A stretch of DNA of 63,758 bases, filler included, from Klebsormidium nitens (GCA_000708835.1; 6 parts of 6 records of this genome joined end to end with filler, not necessarily neighbours in it), one strand, 5' to 3'. Positions 1-10,499 are shown, numbered from the whole stretch's first letter. Program-made: numbers and translations. Notes: generated from the letters alone by a model not told the origin.

Positions 1-2436
1 ATTGAAACATTGCACGGCTCTTAACGCAAAACCGTCTGCTCTCATTGATGGAGTATTCTTTGTATCGTTTCTACCAACTCATGCATCAGCATTTCAAGCA
101 AGAAAGACAAAGGATATAGAGCTATGCGCAATACTCTTTACCTCTTGCGACCAATACAAGTCGTATACGTGGGCATTCTGCCACAGCCCCAACCATCTGG
201 TCCGGCAAGGAGGTGGCGCTAGCGGGCACGGGGCGGAAAGACTCTGTGCAGCGCTAAGCTCTTCGAAATCCCGGGCCGTGAGCTCGCTGACTCGAATGGG
301 CCTTTGCAGCAGCGACACCTCGGGGTCGTGGACCTGCCAGGAGTCAGTAGGACGAACGAGCTTGGGCACCTCCAGCTGCACGCCCTCAGCTTCCATAGGC
401 AACACCGTCGCAAACCCGTGGGAGGCACCATGCGTGCACACGTTCGAGGGGCACAAGCAGATGTTACACACCGGAATCGAGAACGCGTTCCGATCATCGA
501 CCTGGGGGGCGCTCTCCGTTCTCCGCCCCCTCTCCTCGGCTGTTTTCAAATCAGCCTCCTCCACGCTGCCCGTTGCAGCGTTCGACTTCTCCATCTCTGT
601 GCCTTTTGCCGTCCAAAATGATTTGGTTCTCCGTTTGCCCGATCTCGCGCTCGCTTCCCCAACGCTACCGGAACCTTCTCCTTGCTCCGATCGAGCTCGC
701 TTTCCGTTCGTTTGAGCAGACGCGCAGCACCTCGCTGCGCAGGGCTCCTCGTCCACATCAGCGCCGCCGAACACCCTCGCATGCTGCTTGCAGAAGCAAC
801 TTGGCCCTTCGCATGCGGCCCTCTCGTGACTGCCAACGACCAGCTCCGCGAGGTACCCCTCCACGTCGGCATCCGGTGCATACTGCCCGCTGTGCGCCAT
901 GCCGTCACCACCACGGCTATCCACTAGCCCGCCCTTCAAGGACGTTTTTGCAAGCTCAAGCTGCCCCTCCGAGAACGAGATCTTGCTCAGTTTATCCACG
1001 CCGCCCGGTCCACTCAAAGCTCGCTTCACCCCTTGGATGTGCGAACAGTCAGCCGTCTTGCTGCATCCGCCGCTCTTCTGCCCCTCGCAATACCAGCCCA
1101 TCTGCGCCCCCTCGCTATAGTGGACCATGGTCCGCTGAGGTGAGGGCGAACCAGCATTCCAATACACCCCAAAAACCCGCTCCCCGACCCTGTCGCATGG
1201 GATTTCTACCACCCGTGGCCCCTTTTGCAGCAATATGGCGCTAGCTAGCCTCGGCGACTCCAACGCCTGTAGCGTAAGTTTGTGCACGCAGGGTGCCTGA
1301 GAGTACAACCGGCCCCGGTCGCAGGTGCAGCTCAGGTTTCCCATGGTGTCCCGATGCACCGTCTCGAGCAACGCGCGCACTTTGCTAGGGCGCCCGAGAG
1401 GTTTGGGTCTGGCGGCGTTGTGATTCCAAGTACTATCCAGATAGACTGTACCAGCGGATTCCTGCTCGCCGACGCTGTAAAAAGCGCACTCTCCTGATCG
1501 GAGGCCATCGAGATACATCACAGCTTGGTCGATGATGGTTCGGCGATCCTCTGCGTCGGACGCGTCGCCGTTTTCTGTGTGAGGTTGTCCCTGCGTCCAC
1601 ACTAGGAACGTAGTTAGATATTCCGCAAATGGTGGGAGACGAAGGCTCCACAATGCTCCTAACGGCGGTGTTATCCATCAGCATAAGATCTTTGACTCTT
1701 CTTCTGTTACTGTATGTGTTTTCTTGTTGTGCACACTTGGATCAAATATGCAGCAGTTTCCGGGCTGTAAAAAAGCATATAGACAGTGCTCAATCAAACA
1801 TTCACAAGCAGATGCAGAGGCTACTAGGGTTCGAAGATCTGCATTCCTGCTTACCTTCACTTGCGCGCTGGATCTTGCTGTCTCCCCCACTTTTCGCCCC
1901 CTGTTCACCGCTGCTTGCGCTGCAGTTGTCTTGCGGCGCCCGCCCGGCCGTTCCTCCTCTGCCTTCTCTCGCAGGTTGCCGATCTCTTCGCCCGACAACT
2001 CCTTCAATTGTCTCCATTCCTCCCCCAGTGACTTGCGCTGAAACCAAATTTCAACCGAACCCGCCGAGCCCCGGTTGGTCCTTGCTACGCTGATTGTCAG
2101 GTTGTCACCACACTGGGTGACAGGACCGAAATGCCGCTTTATGCACTTCAAACAAAGAGGCTGGCGCTTTCTCTGACCCTTGGCGACTGATTCGGATGAG
2201 CTGATTGCAAAGCCCTTCTGTGCTTGGCTTTTCCGAAATGTGAGTTGGTAGTCTTTTGTCACAAGTGTTTGTTTGCAAAGCGGGCACTTGGTAGCCCGTG
2301 AGTTAGCGGGAATGGTTCCGTAGGCTCGTGGATCTACAATAATGTTGCCACAGTCCACCTCCCTCTGAGTCGCCGGGTGCAAGCTATGAGTCGAAATGTT
2401 TGGTCGGGCCACACTGAAACCCGGGGTTGGTTGCAT
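1..2436 (-). mobile_element. KDZ (Zisupton-like) transposase gene, copy 1, 5' part only (C4 zinc finger exon, SWIM exon, start of CxC region); continues off the left edge
   Basis: ORF 1678-2436 has CPLC...CLKC. ORF 94-1653 has SWIM-type CTCDRGRLYSQAPCVH and WYCE...CSKTADCSH, then Cys clusters. Both align by eye, exon for exon, with the 5' half of the KDZ gene at 10569-16288. The true start may lie in the gap at 2469-2568. Confidence 0.85.
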
Positions 2437-2581
2437 CTCTTCTTCAAGATGTCAAGGATCCAGATGAGNNNNNNNNNNNNNNNNNNNNNNNNNNNNNNNN
2501 NNNNNNNNNNNNTTAATTAATTAANNNNNNNNNNNNNNNNNNNNNNNNNNNNNNNNNNNNNNNNNNNNTATTAGCGACTCA

Positions 2582-3679
2582 ATGTCCACGAGAGTCTTTC
2601 AAGGGCCAAATCATCAGCGTAAGACGTTGCTTATGGAGTTCCCAAAACTGAGGAGGTTGCTCGAACTCAAGGAAGCCCAAGATGGTTCGAATCCCACAGT
2701 GCGAACAGAGTCCACGTTGATTGTCTACATCCGCCAGCTTCGCACCATATTCGGTACCGTCCATCCAAACAAACAATTACATGATGAGGATTCAATTGAT
2801 TGGATAGAAGATCATGGAAAGGTTATAAAAGCGATCGAGGGCTTAACGGATTCGAAGGGCGAGCCCCTCAAACCGCTCACAAAGGGTTGCTATGCAGCCC
2901 CCTTTTCAATTCTCGCTCAAAAAAAAGGTTTTGTTGACGCACACAAAGCTTACAGTGACTACATTGAAGCAAAAAAGCCTTCGGAAATCGAGCTCGACCA
3001 AACGATGCAATGTAAAACGGATAAGGAGATACAGCAGTGGGTTCCATGGAACGACATTCTGAAGGTCAGAGATCACCTCGATCAGATCATCACACGAACC
3101 ATTGTGGACAAGTTTGAACAAGGCCGACCAATGACCCGTAGTGATAAGCAGCTCATCAATGATCATCTGATATTGGCCCTATATACGATGCCTCTGGGGC
3201 CAGTACGGAACGAGTTTGGTAGCTGTCGGATTCTGATGCAAGAAGATATTGCCGATTTTGACCCCAAAGCCGGCGATATCAACTCATGTTTGCTAACGAA
3301 GGATCCAAAGCAGTGCCAATTTATTATAACGAAACATAAGACGCTCAACAAGGTTGGGATCAGAAGATTGCACATTCCCGAAACACTGATTAAGGTCATT
3401 GTACGGAGCTTCAATCTCTGTCCAAGGAACTATCTGGTCATGAAACGTCACTACCTCGGCTTCAAGGACGAACCAATCACCAACTTCACACCTGTGCTGA
3501 ACGACCTCGGGCAACGACACTTTGGTAAGAATCTTTCGTGTACCCTTCTGCATCATATATCCCATATAGAACTCACACCCGGTTTGGGTTCACGAGGCGA
3601 TGTTCGAAAGAAGTGCGAATTTATAGGACACTCACTTTCGACCGCACTGAATCACTACGAACGACGATGGTCACCCTAA
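2582..3679 (+). CDS. Tyrosine recombinase/integrase of the type seen in virophages, Polinton-like viruses and NCLDVs; one catalytic Arg substituted
   Basis: Intronless 365 aa. Motifs: LALYTMPLGPVRNE (Arg I), KHKT (Lys), LLHHI (where LRH is expected) and IGHSLSTALNHY (His/Trp, catalytic Tyr at 3656-3658). Family assignment is from motif recognition only. Confidence 0.8.
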   Translation: MSTRVFQGPNHQRKTLLMEFPKLRRLLELKEAQDGSNPTVRTESTLIVYIRQLRTIFGTVHPNKQLHDEDSIDWIEDHGKVIKAIEGLTDSKGEPLKPLTKGCYAAPFSILAQKKGFVDAHKAYSDYIEAKKPSEIELDQTMQCKTDKEIQQWVPWNDILKVRDHLDQIITRTIVDKFEQGRPMTRSDKQLINDHLILALYTMPLGPVRNEFGSCRILMQEDIADFDPKAGDINSCLLTKDPKQCQFIITKHKTLNKVGIRRLHIPETLIKVIVRSFNLCPRNYLVMKRHYLGFKDEPITNFTPVLNDLGQRHFGKNLSCTLLHHISHIELTPGLGSRGDVRKKCEFIGHSLSTALNHYERRWSP

Positions 3680-3863
3680 TCGACTTCAAAATCCTTGAGA
3701 TGCGTGACCACAAAACTGCGATATCATGTCATGCGACTCGGGTCTTTCTATAAACAGCTAGCGAGTGCCTTTCTTGCAACGGTGAGAGGCACGAGCGGAT
3801 ATCCGTGCGTTTGAAGGTTCGATTTTTTCTGACTCCAGACCATAGAGGCAACCGGGCCCCAAC

Positions 3864-4115
3864 ATGGAGTCGAGCATCCACAACCACTCGTCACCAAGCG
3901 TGTGCCCTCATTGCATGGAGGCTGTAATCTACAAAGCAGAGCATCAAAATAAGAAGCGGGCGTACAGTAAATCGTATTACGCAATACATAAGGACGAGAT
4001 ATTGCTCCGGAGAGCTCTTGAACGCGAAGAGCATGGCGAGAAGCTCTCCAAACGCACAAGGGACCGACTTTATAAGGCGAAGATTACTACTAGCCCTATG
4101 ATTCGGTCGTATTAA
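3864..4115 (+). CDS. Small basic protein (83 aa) with CxxC and a KRAYSKSYYAIHKDEI helical motif, virus-like
   Basis: ATG-initiated and co-oriented between the recombinase and the primase. It is Lys/Arg-rich, and similar short motifs occur in small proteins of large DNA viruses. Function unknown. Confidence 0.5.
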   Translation: MESSIHNHSSPSVCPHCMEAVIYKAEHQNKKRAYSKSYYAIHKDEILLRRALEREEHGEKLSKRTRDRLYKAKITTSPMIRSY

Positions 4116-4349
4116 GCTGACAACTCGATTTGAAGGAATGAGTTTAAACGGACTACCAGATCCCATGAAGCCCTGAGGTCAAAATGGCTTCACGGTAATC
4201 CGTCACGCACCACGTTTTTTCAGGAGTTGAAAATCTGATGAGGCGTCATGACACGAACCGCGCTTTGAGTGCCGCCGCGTTTTAGGCTGCCAAAAAATTT
4301 GTACCCCTGAAACATAGGGGTATGTTGACCTTAATCGGACTGAGTTGAA

Positions 4350-7188
4350 ATGGCGAAACATTTCACGACCTTGCGCGAGAGGGCCTCTATGCCGTCCCGG
4401 CAAAGGTCGTACGCGAAGAAAACGGGAGCAAGAAAGTCCGGGGAACGATGCCGCATGCGAAAGGTGACACGGCCATCAGATCGAAATCCGAATGGAATGC
4501 TGCACGCGGAAGGATTTCGGAATTCATTGAGGAGCGAGGGTACAACTTTGCGGCTACAAAATGTGGTGTCATTTCCGATCTCTTTGTGCTTGACGTCGAC
4601 ACTGCAGATAAGCCCGATGAAGACATCATGGCCGGCATGCCCCTCTGGCAGCGTTTGATTGCAGAAAATGGGGACCCTCCCACCCTACGAGTGTCTACGC
4701 TCAGTGGAGGGCTTCATTATTACTTCTTACTGGGAGAATCGCTCAACAACGGGCTAAAGTCAGGGAAGGATTTTGTCAGCGTGGACTTCGACGGCCAGCT
4801 TTACGGGATTGACGGCCGCGGCGAGGGCGGCATCGCCTTTTGCCCACCGAGCACCCTAGGAGACGGGTTGGCATACAAATGGAACACGGCACCTATCAGG
4901 GCCAACATCAAGCCCGCCCCCGCGTGGGTGATCGAATCCATCAACGGCTGTGCAAAACGCGCGGGTCAAATGAGTGTTGCGCCAACTTTGAGCTGCAGAT
5001 TTGATGATACCGCAATGGTGGGGGGGTTTGAAAGTGAAAAAGACGAAGTGCCTGATTTGGGCACCGGCGAATCCGGCGAGTCGTGCATCGACGAGAGCTC
5101 ACTAACCCCCCGTGACGCTGAACCCGCCGAGAGCAAGATCGCGGACGGTATGATGAAGCTATTACGAAACGACGGACTTGACTCTAACGTCCGTTTCTCC
5201 GGCAAGGTCACTCCGCGTGGATCGGACGGCACTTTCTACTCGTTCGTTTGCGACGGGCCACGGAAATGCATACACGGCCATCGGCATCACGGAAGCAACA
5301 ACTTCACCCTCATAAAGCGTGGGTGGACCGTCATGTACCGGTGTTTTGGCGCCGAATGTTCAGATAAGCCGCTCAAGGAGCTAGGGAACCTCGGCCTTGC
5401 CGTGTCCTTGCTTGATGCAAACCAGGGAAGCTGCATCCAACGCACGATAGAACGATGTTCCCAGCCAACTGCGGGGCAGGCTTATCGAAGTCTGAGTTGC
5501 AGGCGCATCTGAATCTGATCAGGCGTAACGTGACGCAGCGCTATCGAGGCATGGCTGGCATCTTCTCTGCCATGCACCTCATCGATGGACGCATTCTAGC
5601 TCAGGAGAAAACGTTTCAATACTGGACTGGCCGCCGGTGGATTACCGACAATGCGTTTCACGTTCAAAGTGTCTTTAGCAGCCACATGTCCCGGATCATG
5701 AGCTGGTATGCAAACCAGAGAGCATCCGCCTACAAGAAAGAGATCCACGCCCAAATGAGAGCCTCGAAGACCTGGGGAGATGTAGCGCTGACCCCGGAGT
5801 CCGATCTCCCGGAGTGGGCCTCAAATCCAGATACCGACGAGGAGAAGAAAGCGTGCGCTGCTGCGTGGAAGGTCGTTAATCGAACGTATCCGCTTCTGGC
5901 CAAAGGCGACCTGGTCGACCTGACTAGAGGCAGCGAAGTCCGTGTCTGCCTGGAATTCGTTTTCAACAGTCTCCAGGCTCCCGAGGAGCTGGGTGCCCTG
6001 ATGGACATTGCGAATCCGTTCTTGTTTGCGTGCGCCAACGGGGTCATTGATACCGAGACGGGGGTCTTGCAAGCGTTCCATCCTGCGCACCTATGTTCGC
6101 GGGCGTCCAAGGCGGCTTTTCGCGGCCTGCCGAAAGGGGGAAGTAGGTTCGAGCGATTCCATCTTGACAGCTTCAACGGAGACAGAGAGGTTCTCGACTG
6201 GTACCAACTCTTTAGTGGGTACTGCATGACGGCTGATACGTCGGAGCACATATTCCTAATCAAACACGGATCGGGGGCGAATGGCAAGAGCATGACCCGT
6301 TTGGCGATGTTCAAGGTGCTGGGGCAATACGCTGTGGTCATGTCGGAGGATTGCATCATCGAGGCAGGGAAGCGGTCGGCTGGAGCGGCGAGCAGTCACA
6401 TAATGGCACTCAAAGGTGCTCGGGCTGGCGACTGTGACGAATCAAACGAGAGAGCAAGAATGAACGAGGGCATAGTGAAGGGGCTTTCTGGGTCGGATAC
6501 AACTACTGCGCGTGAGCTTCAATCGCGACAGGAAACATTCCAGCTTAGTCACAAAGCGATATTGAACACGAATTTTCGACCCATCCTTGAAAACGTGGAT
6601 TATGCCCTCAGTCGACGCATGGCCATCCTCCCAATGCTGGTCACCTTCAAACCCCCAGAACAGCTCGACCTCAGCAAGCCCCGACAGAAGGCCATGGATC
6701 CAACGCTAGAAGCCTATCTAAAGAGCGATTTGGGTCGAGAGGAGGGTCTCTCGTGGTATGCAGAGGGAGCCAGAAAGTACTTTGAGCTGAAGCGTACCAA
6801 CCCGAATAGCCCTCCTCTAAAGCGCCGTCCACGCATTATGGTAGAAGCAGGCAAGGCCTACGAGCAAGACTCAGACATTGCCATGCGGTGGATCATGGAT
6901 CAACTCGAGTTCGAAGATATCGAGCCGGGAGCACGGCCGACTTGGCACCTAGCTCTCGGAGAAAGGCTAGGGGGAGCGTTCAGAGCATGGTTGCGGGAGG
7001 AGGATCTCACGAGCTCGCTTTCGGCAACGGCTTTAAAGAAGCGGATCGTTTTATACGCGGATGGAGCAAACCGGGTATTAGAAGATGGTCGGTTTACGGA
7101 TAGGCAGATACAGGAACGGGGGCAATTCAAGGGGCTGGCGGGAGTTCGCCTAAAGCCCGGCTGCGAGTACGAGGAGACGTATAACTAG
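4350..7188 (+). pseudogene. Bifunctional Prim-Pol + Zn finger + D5/P4-type SF3 helicase + winged helix (~940 aa when repaired), with two apparent 1-nt frameshifts
   Basis: Prim-Pol motifs LFVLDVD, TLSGGLHYYF, IDGRGEGG...PPS. Zn finger C...H.H.SNN...YRCF...C. D5_N motif FACANGVID. Walker A GSGANGKS, Walker B DCDES, motif C ILNTN, C-terminal FKGLAGVRLK. Frames 4448-5512 and 5455-7188 overlap, and adding 1 nt at ~5419-5423 joins them. The Prim-Pol-like N-terminus (GLYAVPAKVV...KK) is open back to 4349, one nt out of frame with ATG 4350. Confidence 0.85.
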
Positions 7189-7301
7189 TGGGCCGAGTAT
7201 GCTATGGCCGTGTTCCTATCATATTGACCGGACGGACACATTACGACATGAAAGTGCCGAAATGAACAAATTTTGTTTGCTCATCTATGCTCATATCAGC
7301 C

Positions 7302-7651
7302 GCAGACCATAAGTCCAAAAGACCATAATATTAAGTCAAATCAATTTCAGATTTTATATACTCAGCCATACTCCAGTGCCACCATTTCTATAATGAAAAA
7401 GACCTGGAATCACGGTCTTCTGGGCTTTTGGTCTGCATTCGGAATGCGCCATGATCGGGCGTTGGCATGAATCATTGGTGGAGGGCTCGCGTATATGCTC
7501 ATATCGGTCGCAGATTATAAGTCCAAAAGACCATAATATTAAGTTGAATCGATTTCAGATTTTATATACTCACCCATCCTTCATTGCCAACATTCCTATA
7601 ATGAAAAAGACCTGGAATCACGGTCTTCCGGCTTCCGGGCTTTTGGTCTGC
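7302..7651. promoter_or_regulatory. Two tandem origin-like units (inverted 8-bp iteron triplets around an AT-rich core)
   Basis: Forward gca-GACCATAA-GTCCAAAA-GACCATAA at 7302-7328 and reverse ggtc-TTCTGGGC-TTTTGGTC-tgc at 7414-7436. The pattern repeats ~208 bp later (7510-7651). The repeat structure is seen directly; origin function is inferred. Confidence 0.6.
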
Positions 7652-7880
7652 GCTCAAAATGCATCATGTGGATGTTTGACTGACATGAGGCCATTCGGCC
7701 GCTTGCATGAATCACTCATGATGCCCCCCCACCTTGCCGTACTTGCATAGACTAGCCGCGTGTCATAGGTTGAAAACGACATATGGCTATAAACACGGGA
7801 AACGCATTCTCGATAACAGATTCGAGCTTATATAGTGGTGGTATTGCACATCATTCTTGGAAGCCCTTTAGAAAGCAGCG
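7460..7880 (+). repeat. Left copy of a ~0.41 kb imperfect direct repeat flanking the cargo gene
   Basis: It begins cgttggcatgaatcattggtggagggctc, ends tttagaaagcagcg, and is collinear with 10095-10499. Confidence 0.9.
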
Positions 7881-8081
7881 AAACCTTACGGGGCTAGGTG
7901 GATTTTGGTGCTAAAGATCATCATATCCAAATTGCAGTGCCCCTACTTCGACCTTCAAACGTGCACATGTATATTTTTGCAGGCTTTCAATGCATCAAAA
8001 GCTTTTTATTGAGGGTTTGCCAGCAACATAGTTGGGCCAAAGGGAAAGGTCTTGAATGCACAGAGTCGTTCTACTCAATTT

Positions 8082-9548
8082 TCAAGCATCGCAGAAGGTT
8101 GCTAATGTTTCTTCCACAATAGCCACTTCTACATCAGTTCCATAATAATGTGCCTGGTCTGGACTGCTGTACATAGCATATGGGGTGCTGATGCCAAAAC
8201 CATCCACAACGGGGATGCTGTAATTAGACATAATTTGCTTGCTAAGCTTGTCCCAATATCGAAAGCGTTGTTGCGTACGCCAATCCTTTGTGTCAACAAA
8301 CCACTTCTTTCTAGGTGACGTCGGAAGAGGAATCGCCATGATTCCTTGGAAAGCCACCACTAAGTCGGACGGCATGACTTTGCTCGAATTGAGCTCAAGT
8401 GAGTGGGCCCTTCTCCTGTTGCTGCGCAACACTTGCAAGTGCTTTGCAACTTCATGCAACCTCTCCACATACTTCTCCGTGGTCCAGTGACCACCCAGCG
8501 ATTCGCCAGCAGCCGGCCAGTGACCAATGTTGAAGTAAATAATGTCTACCAGAGACCACCAAGTTTCATTCCTTTTAAGCAGCGCCTCCAAGAAAACATC
8601 CTGCTCAAATATAAGTCGAAGGTGCTCCAGATCTTGGGCACCGTGCTGGAACTTTTGACGAGCAGTCTTTTGGATGATATTCTGTAGCCGCTTTCCAAAC
8701 GCATTGTACGTATAGCGCATCTGGCTATCCCCAGTAAATACTGCTGTTCGGTTGCTAGCTTCCAGCCATGCGGAAGCTGAGTGATGACAAAGCTCGCTGG
8801 ACCGTCTAGAACTGAACCAGGTAAACTGCTCGTATAGGGCAGACCCTGTGCAATTTATATTTGTCACTGGCCACTGCGTCGCATTAAGCCAGTAACCAGG
8901 ACCTGGAAGATTGGCCTCCAAGAGTTGCAAGACTGCTTTGTCTGCGGTTTCGATCGGGGTAAGTCTTTTAGGTAGGGTCAGATGAAGCACTAACCGTTTC
9001 TCAAGAACGGGCGACTCGGTGACAAGATCGTCAAAGCCGCTGTAATTGCCATATAGATGGTACAGACTCAGCTCGTGACTGGCAAGTGGGCCTGGGATCA
9101 AGTGTATGTTAATCTGATACGAGCAATTCCCCAAGTACTTTGCTTCGTTGGTCCCCATCCGCTGGCTAGGCCCATCAACTATAAGGTAAAACGTGTCTGG
9201 ACCCTGTTCCTGCTCAGCCAATTGCTGATGAAGGGTATGTGGCGATACCACAAGTTGCCGGTCCACTTCTTTGCATCTTTCCACTCCTTCCAAAGGCAAG
9301 GGCTCAATAAAGAGGCTGGAAACGAGGTCTGTCTCTGTGCATATCTTGACAATTGACATCCTTGGCAATGTCACATAAAAATGTTGGCAGCTTTGCTCAT
9401 TATATTGAACCAATTCATTGGATGCCCAATCACTAAATCTCAGCAAGCTGGCATGTGGACTAAAGTGCACTAGGAGGAAGACTGAAGAAGCGAAAAAAGC
9501 CAACATGAAAATCGGCTTCCATGTTGTTCGCCGCCGCAAGTAATCCAT
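8082..9548 (-). CDS. Intronless SGNH/PC-esterase (NXPE/TBL-like) protein with an N-terminal membrane anchor; putative polysaccharide O-acetyltransferase or esterase; element cargo
   Basis: 488 aa ORF. N-terminal hydrophobic helix (IFMLAFFASSVFLLV), GDS motif (FTGDSQMR), YFNIGHW, C-terminal DxxH (SPDQAHY), several N-x-S/T sites. Confidence 0.75.
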   Translation of the reverse strand: MDYLRRRTTWKPIFMLAFFASSVFLLVHFSPHASLLRFSDWASNELVQYNEQSCQHFYVTLPRMSIVKICTETDLVSSLFIEPLPLEGVERCKEVDRQLVVSPHTLHQQLAEQEQGPDTFYLIVDGPSQRMGTNEAKYLGNCSYQINIHLIPGPLASHELSLYHLYGNYSGFDDLVTESPVLEKRLVLHLTLPKRLTPIETADKAVLQLLEANLPGPGYWLNATQWPVTNINCTGSALYEQFTWFSSRRSSELCHHSASAWLEASNRTAVFTGDSQMRYTYNAFGKRLQNIIQKTARQKFQHGAQDLEHLRLIFEQDVFLEALLKRNETWWSLVDIIYFNIGHWPAAGESLGGHWTTEKYVERLHEVAKHLQVLRSNRRRAHSLELNSSKVMPSDLVVAFQGIMAIPLPTSPRKKWFVDTKDWRTQQRFRYWDKLSKQIMSNYSIPVVDGFGISTPYAMYSSPDQAHYYGTDVEVAIVEETLATFCDA

Positions 9549-10094
9549 CTCTCAGCTTTGATGCTATCAAGTTCTTTCCAACAGCTTGCAGATCCCCGGT
9601 TATAAGTGGGCTTGTCGGAGAGCTTTTTACACAACTCTTTACCCCCACACCGGCTTCGGGTTCTCCATGCTAATCAAGAATGCTCAGGATGTTTTAAGAA
9701 CTAGAACGAAATATTTCCGATCGGGCCGACGGCCGTCGATGGGCACCCTGCGTCGACGTTCGTGCAAATAATATTTCTGCGGGTTTCATTTACGGTTTCA
9801 TACGGTTTCATCAATACCAAGCTTTAGCTTTTAATTCCTGTTGAAGTCCAGTCAGCAGTATTTCGCACCGCACGTTTCAAAAAAGACTTTGACATGGAGA
9901 GGTTGACACAAGATGCATCAAGTAAAAGCTTAGCAGGCGCTATAAAATCCGCAGCGGCGAGAAGAGCTGTGCGCGGACAATGGTCTTTTGGACTTCTGGT
10001 CTGCGCCCGGAATGCACAAAGGCAGTTCGGAGCATAGTTTAGATTCCATTGACACATTGACTGGATGTTTACCTAGCGCATGAAGAGGGCGGGA

Positions 10095-10499
10095 CGTTGG
10101 CATGAATCATTGGTGGAGGGCTCCCGTATATGCTCATGTCGGTCACAGACCATAAGTCCAAAAGACTATATTTCTAAGTTATTTCGATTTAAGATCTTAT
10201 ATTGTACCGCGAACATTCCAACAAGGGAAAAGACCTGGAATCATGGTCTTCTGGGCTTTTGGTCTGCGCTCGAAATGCATCATGAGAATGTTTGACTGGC
10301 ATGAAGCCAGCCGGGCGGCTTGCATGAATCATTCATGATGTCCCCCCACCCCTTGCCGTACTTGCGTAGACTAGCCGCGTGTTCTAGTGTCGTTGAAAAC
10401 GCCGTATGGCTATAAATACGGGAAACGCCTTGTCGATAACGGATTCGAGCTTGTATAGTGGATTGCATATCATTCTCGGAAGCGCTTTAGAAAGCAGCG
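10095..10499 (+). repeat. Right copy of the direct repeat, containing one full origin-like unit (10146-10267); an extra reverse iteron array lies just upstream at 9982-10004
   Basis: Collinear with 7460-7880. Forward array acaGACCATAAGTCCAAAAGACT, reverse array ggtcTTCTGGGCTTTTGGTCtgc. Confidence 0.9.

Noticed and set aside
2-1244. Long + strand ORFs (2-715, 573-1244) and many similar ORFs opposite or overlapping KDZ, PPR, LON and Rossmann exons
   Set aside because: Antisense or alternative-frame shadows of GC-rich coding exons, with no recognisable motifs.
2513-2524. TTAATTAATTAA embedded in N runs (also ~16337, ~20945, ~44983, ~62299)
   Set aside because: An identical all-frame-stop linker at the centre of each large gap; an assembly artefact, not biology.
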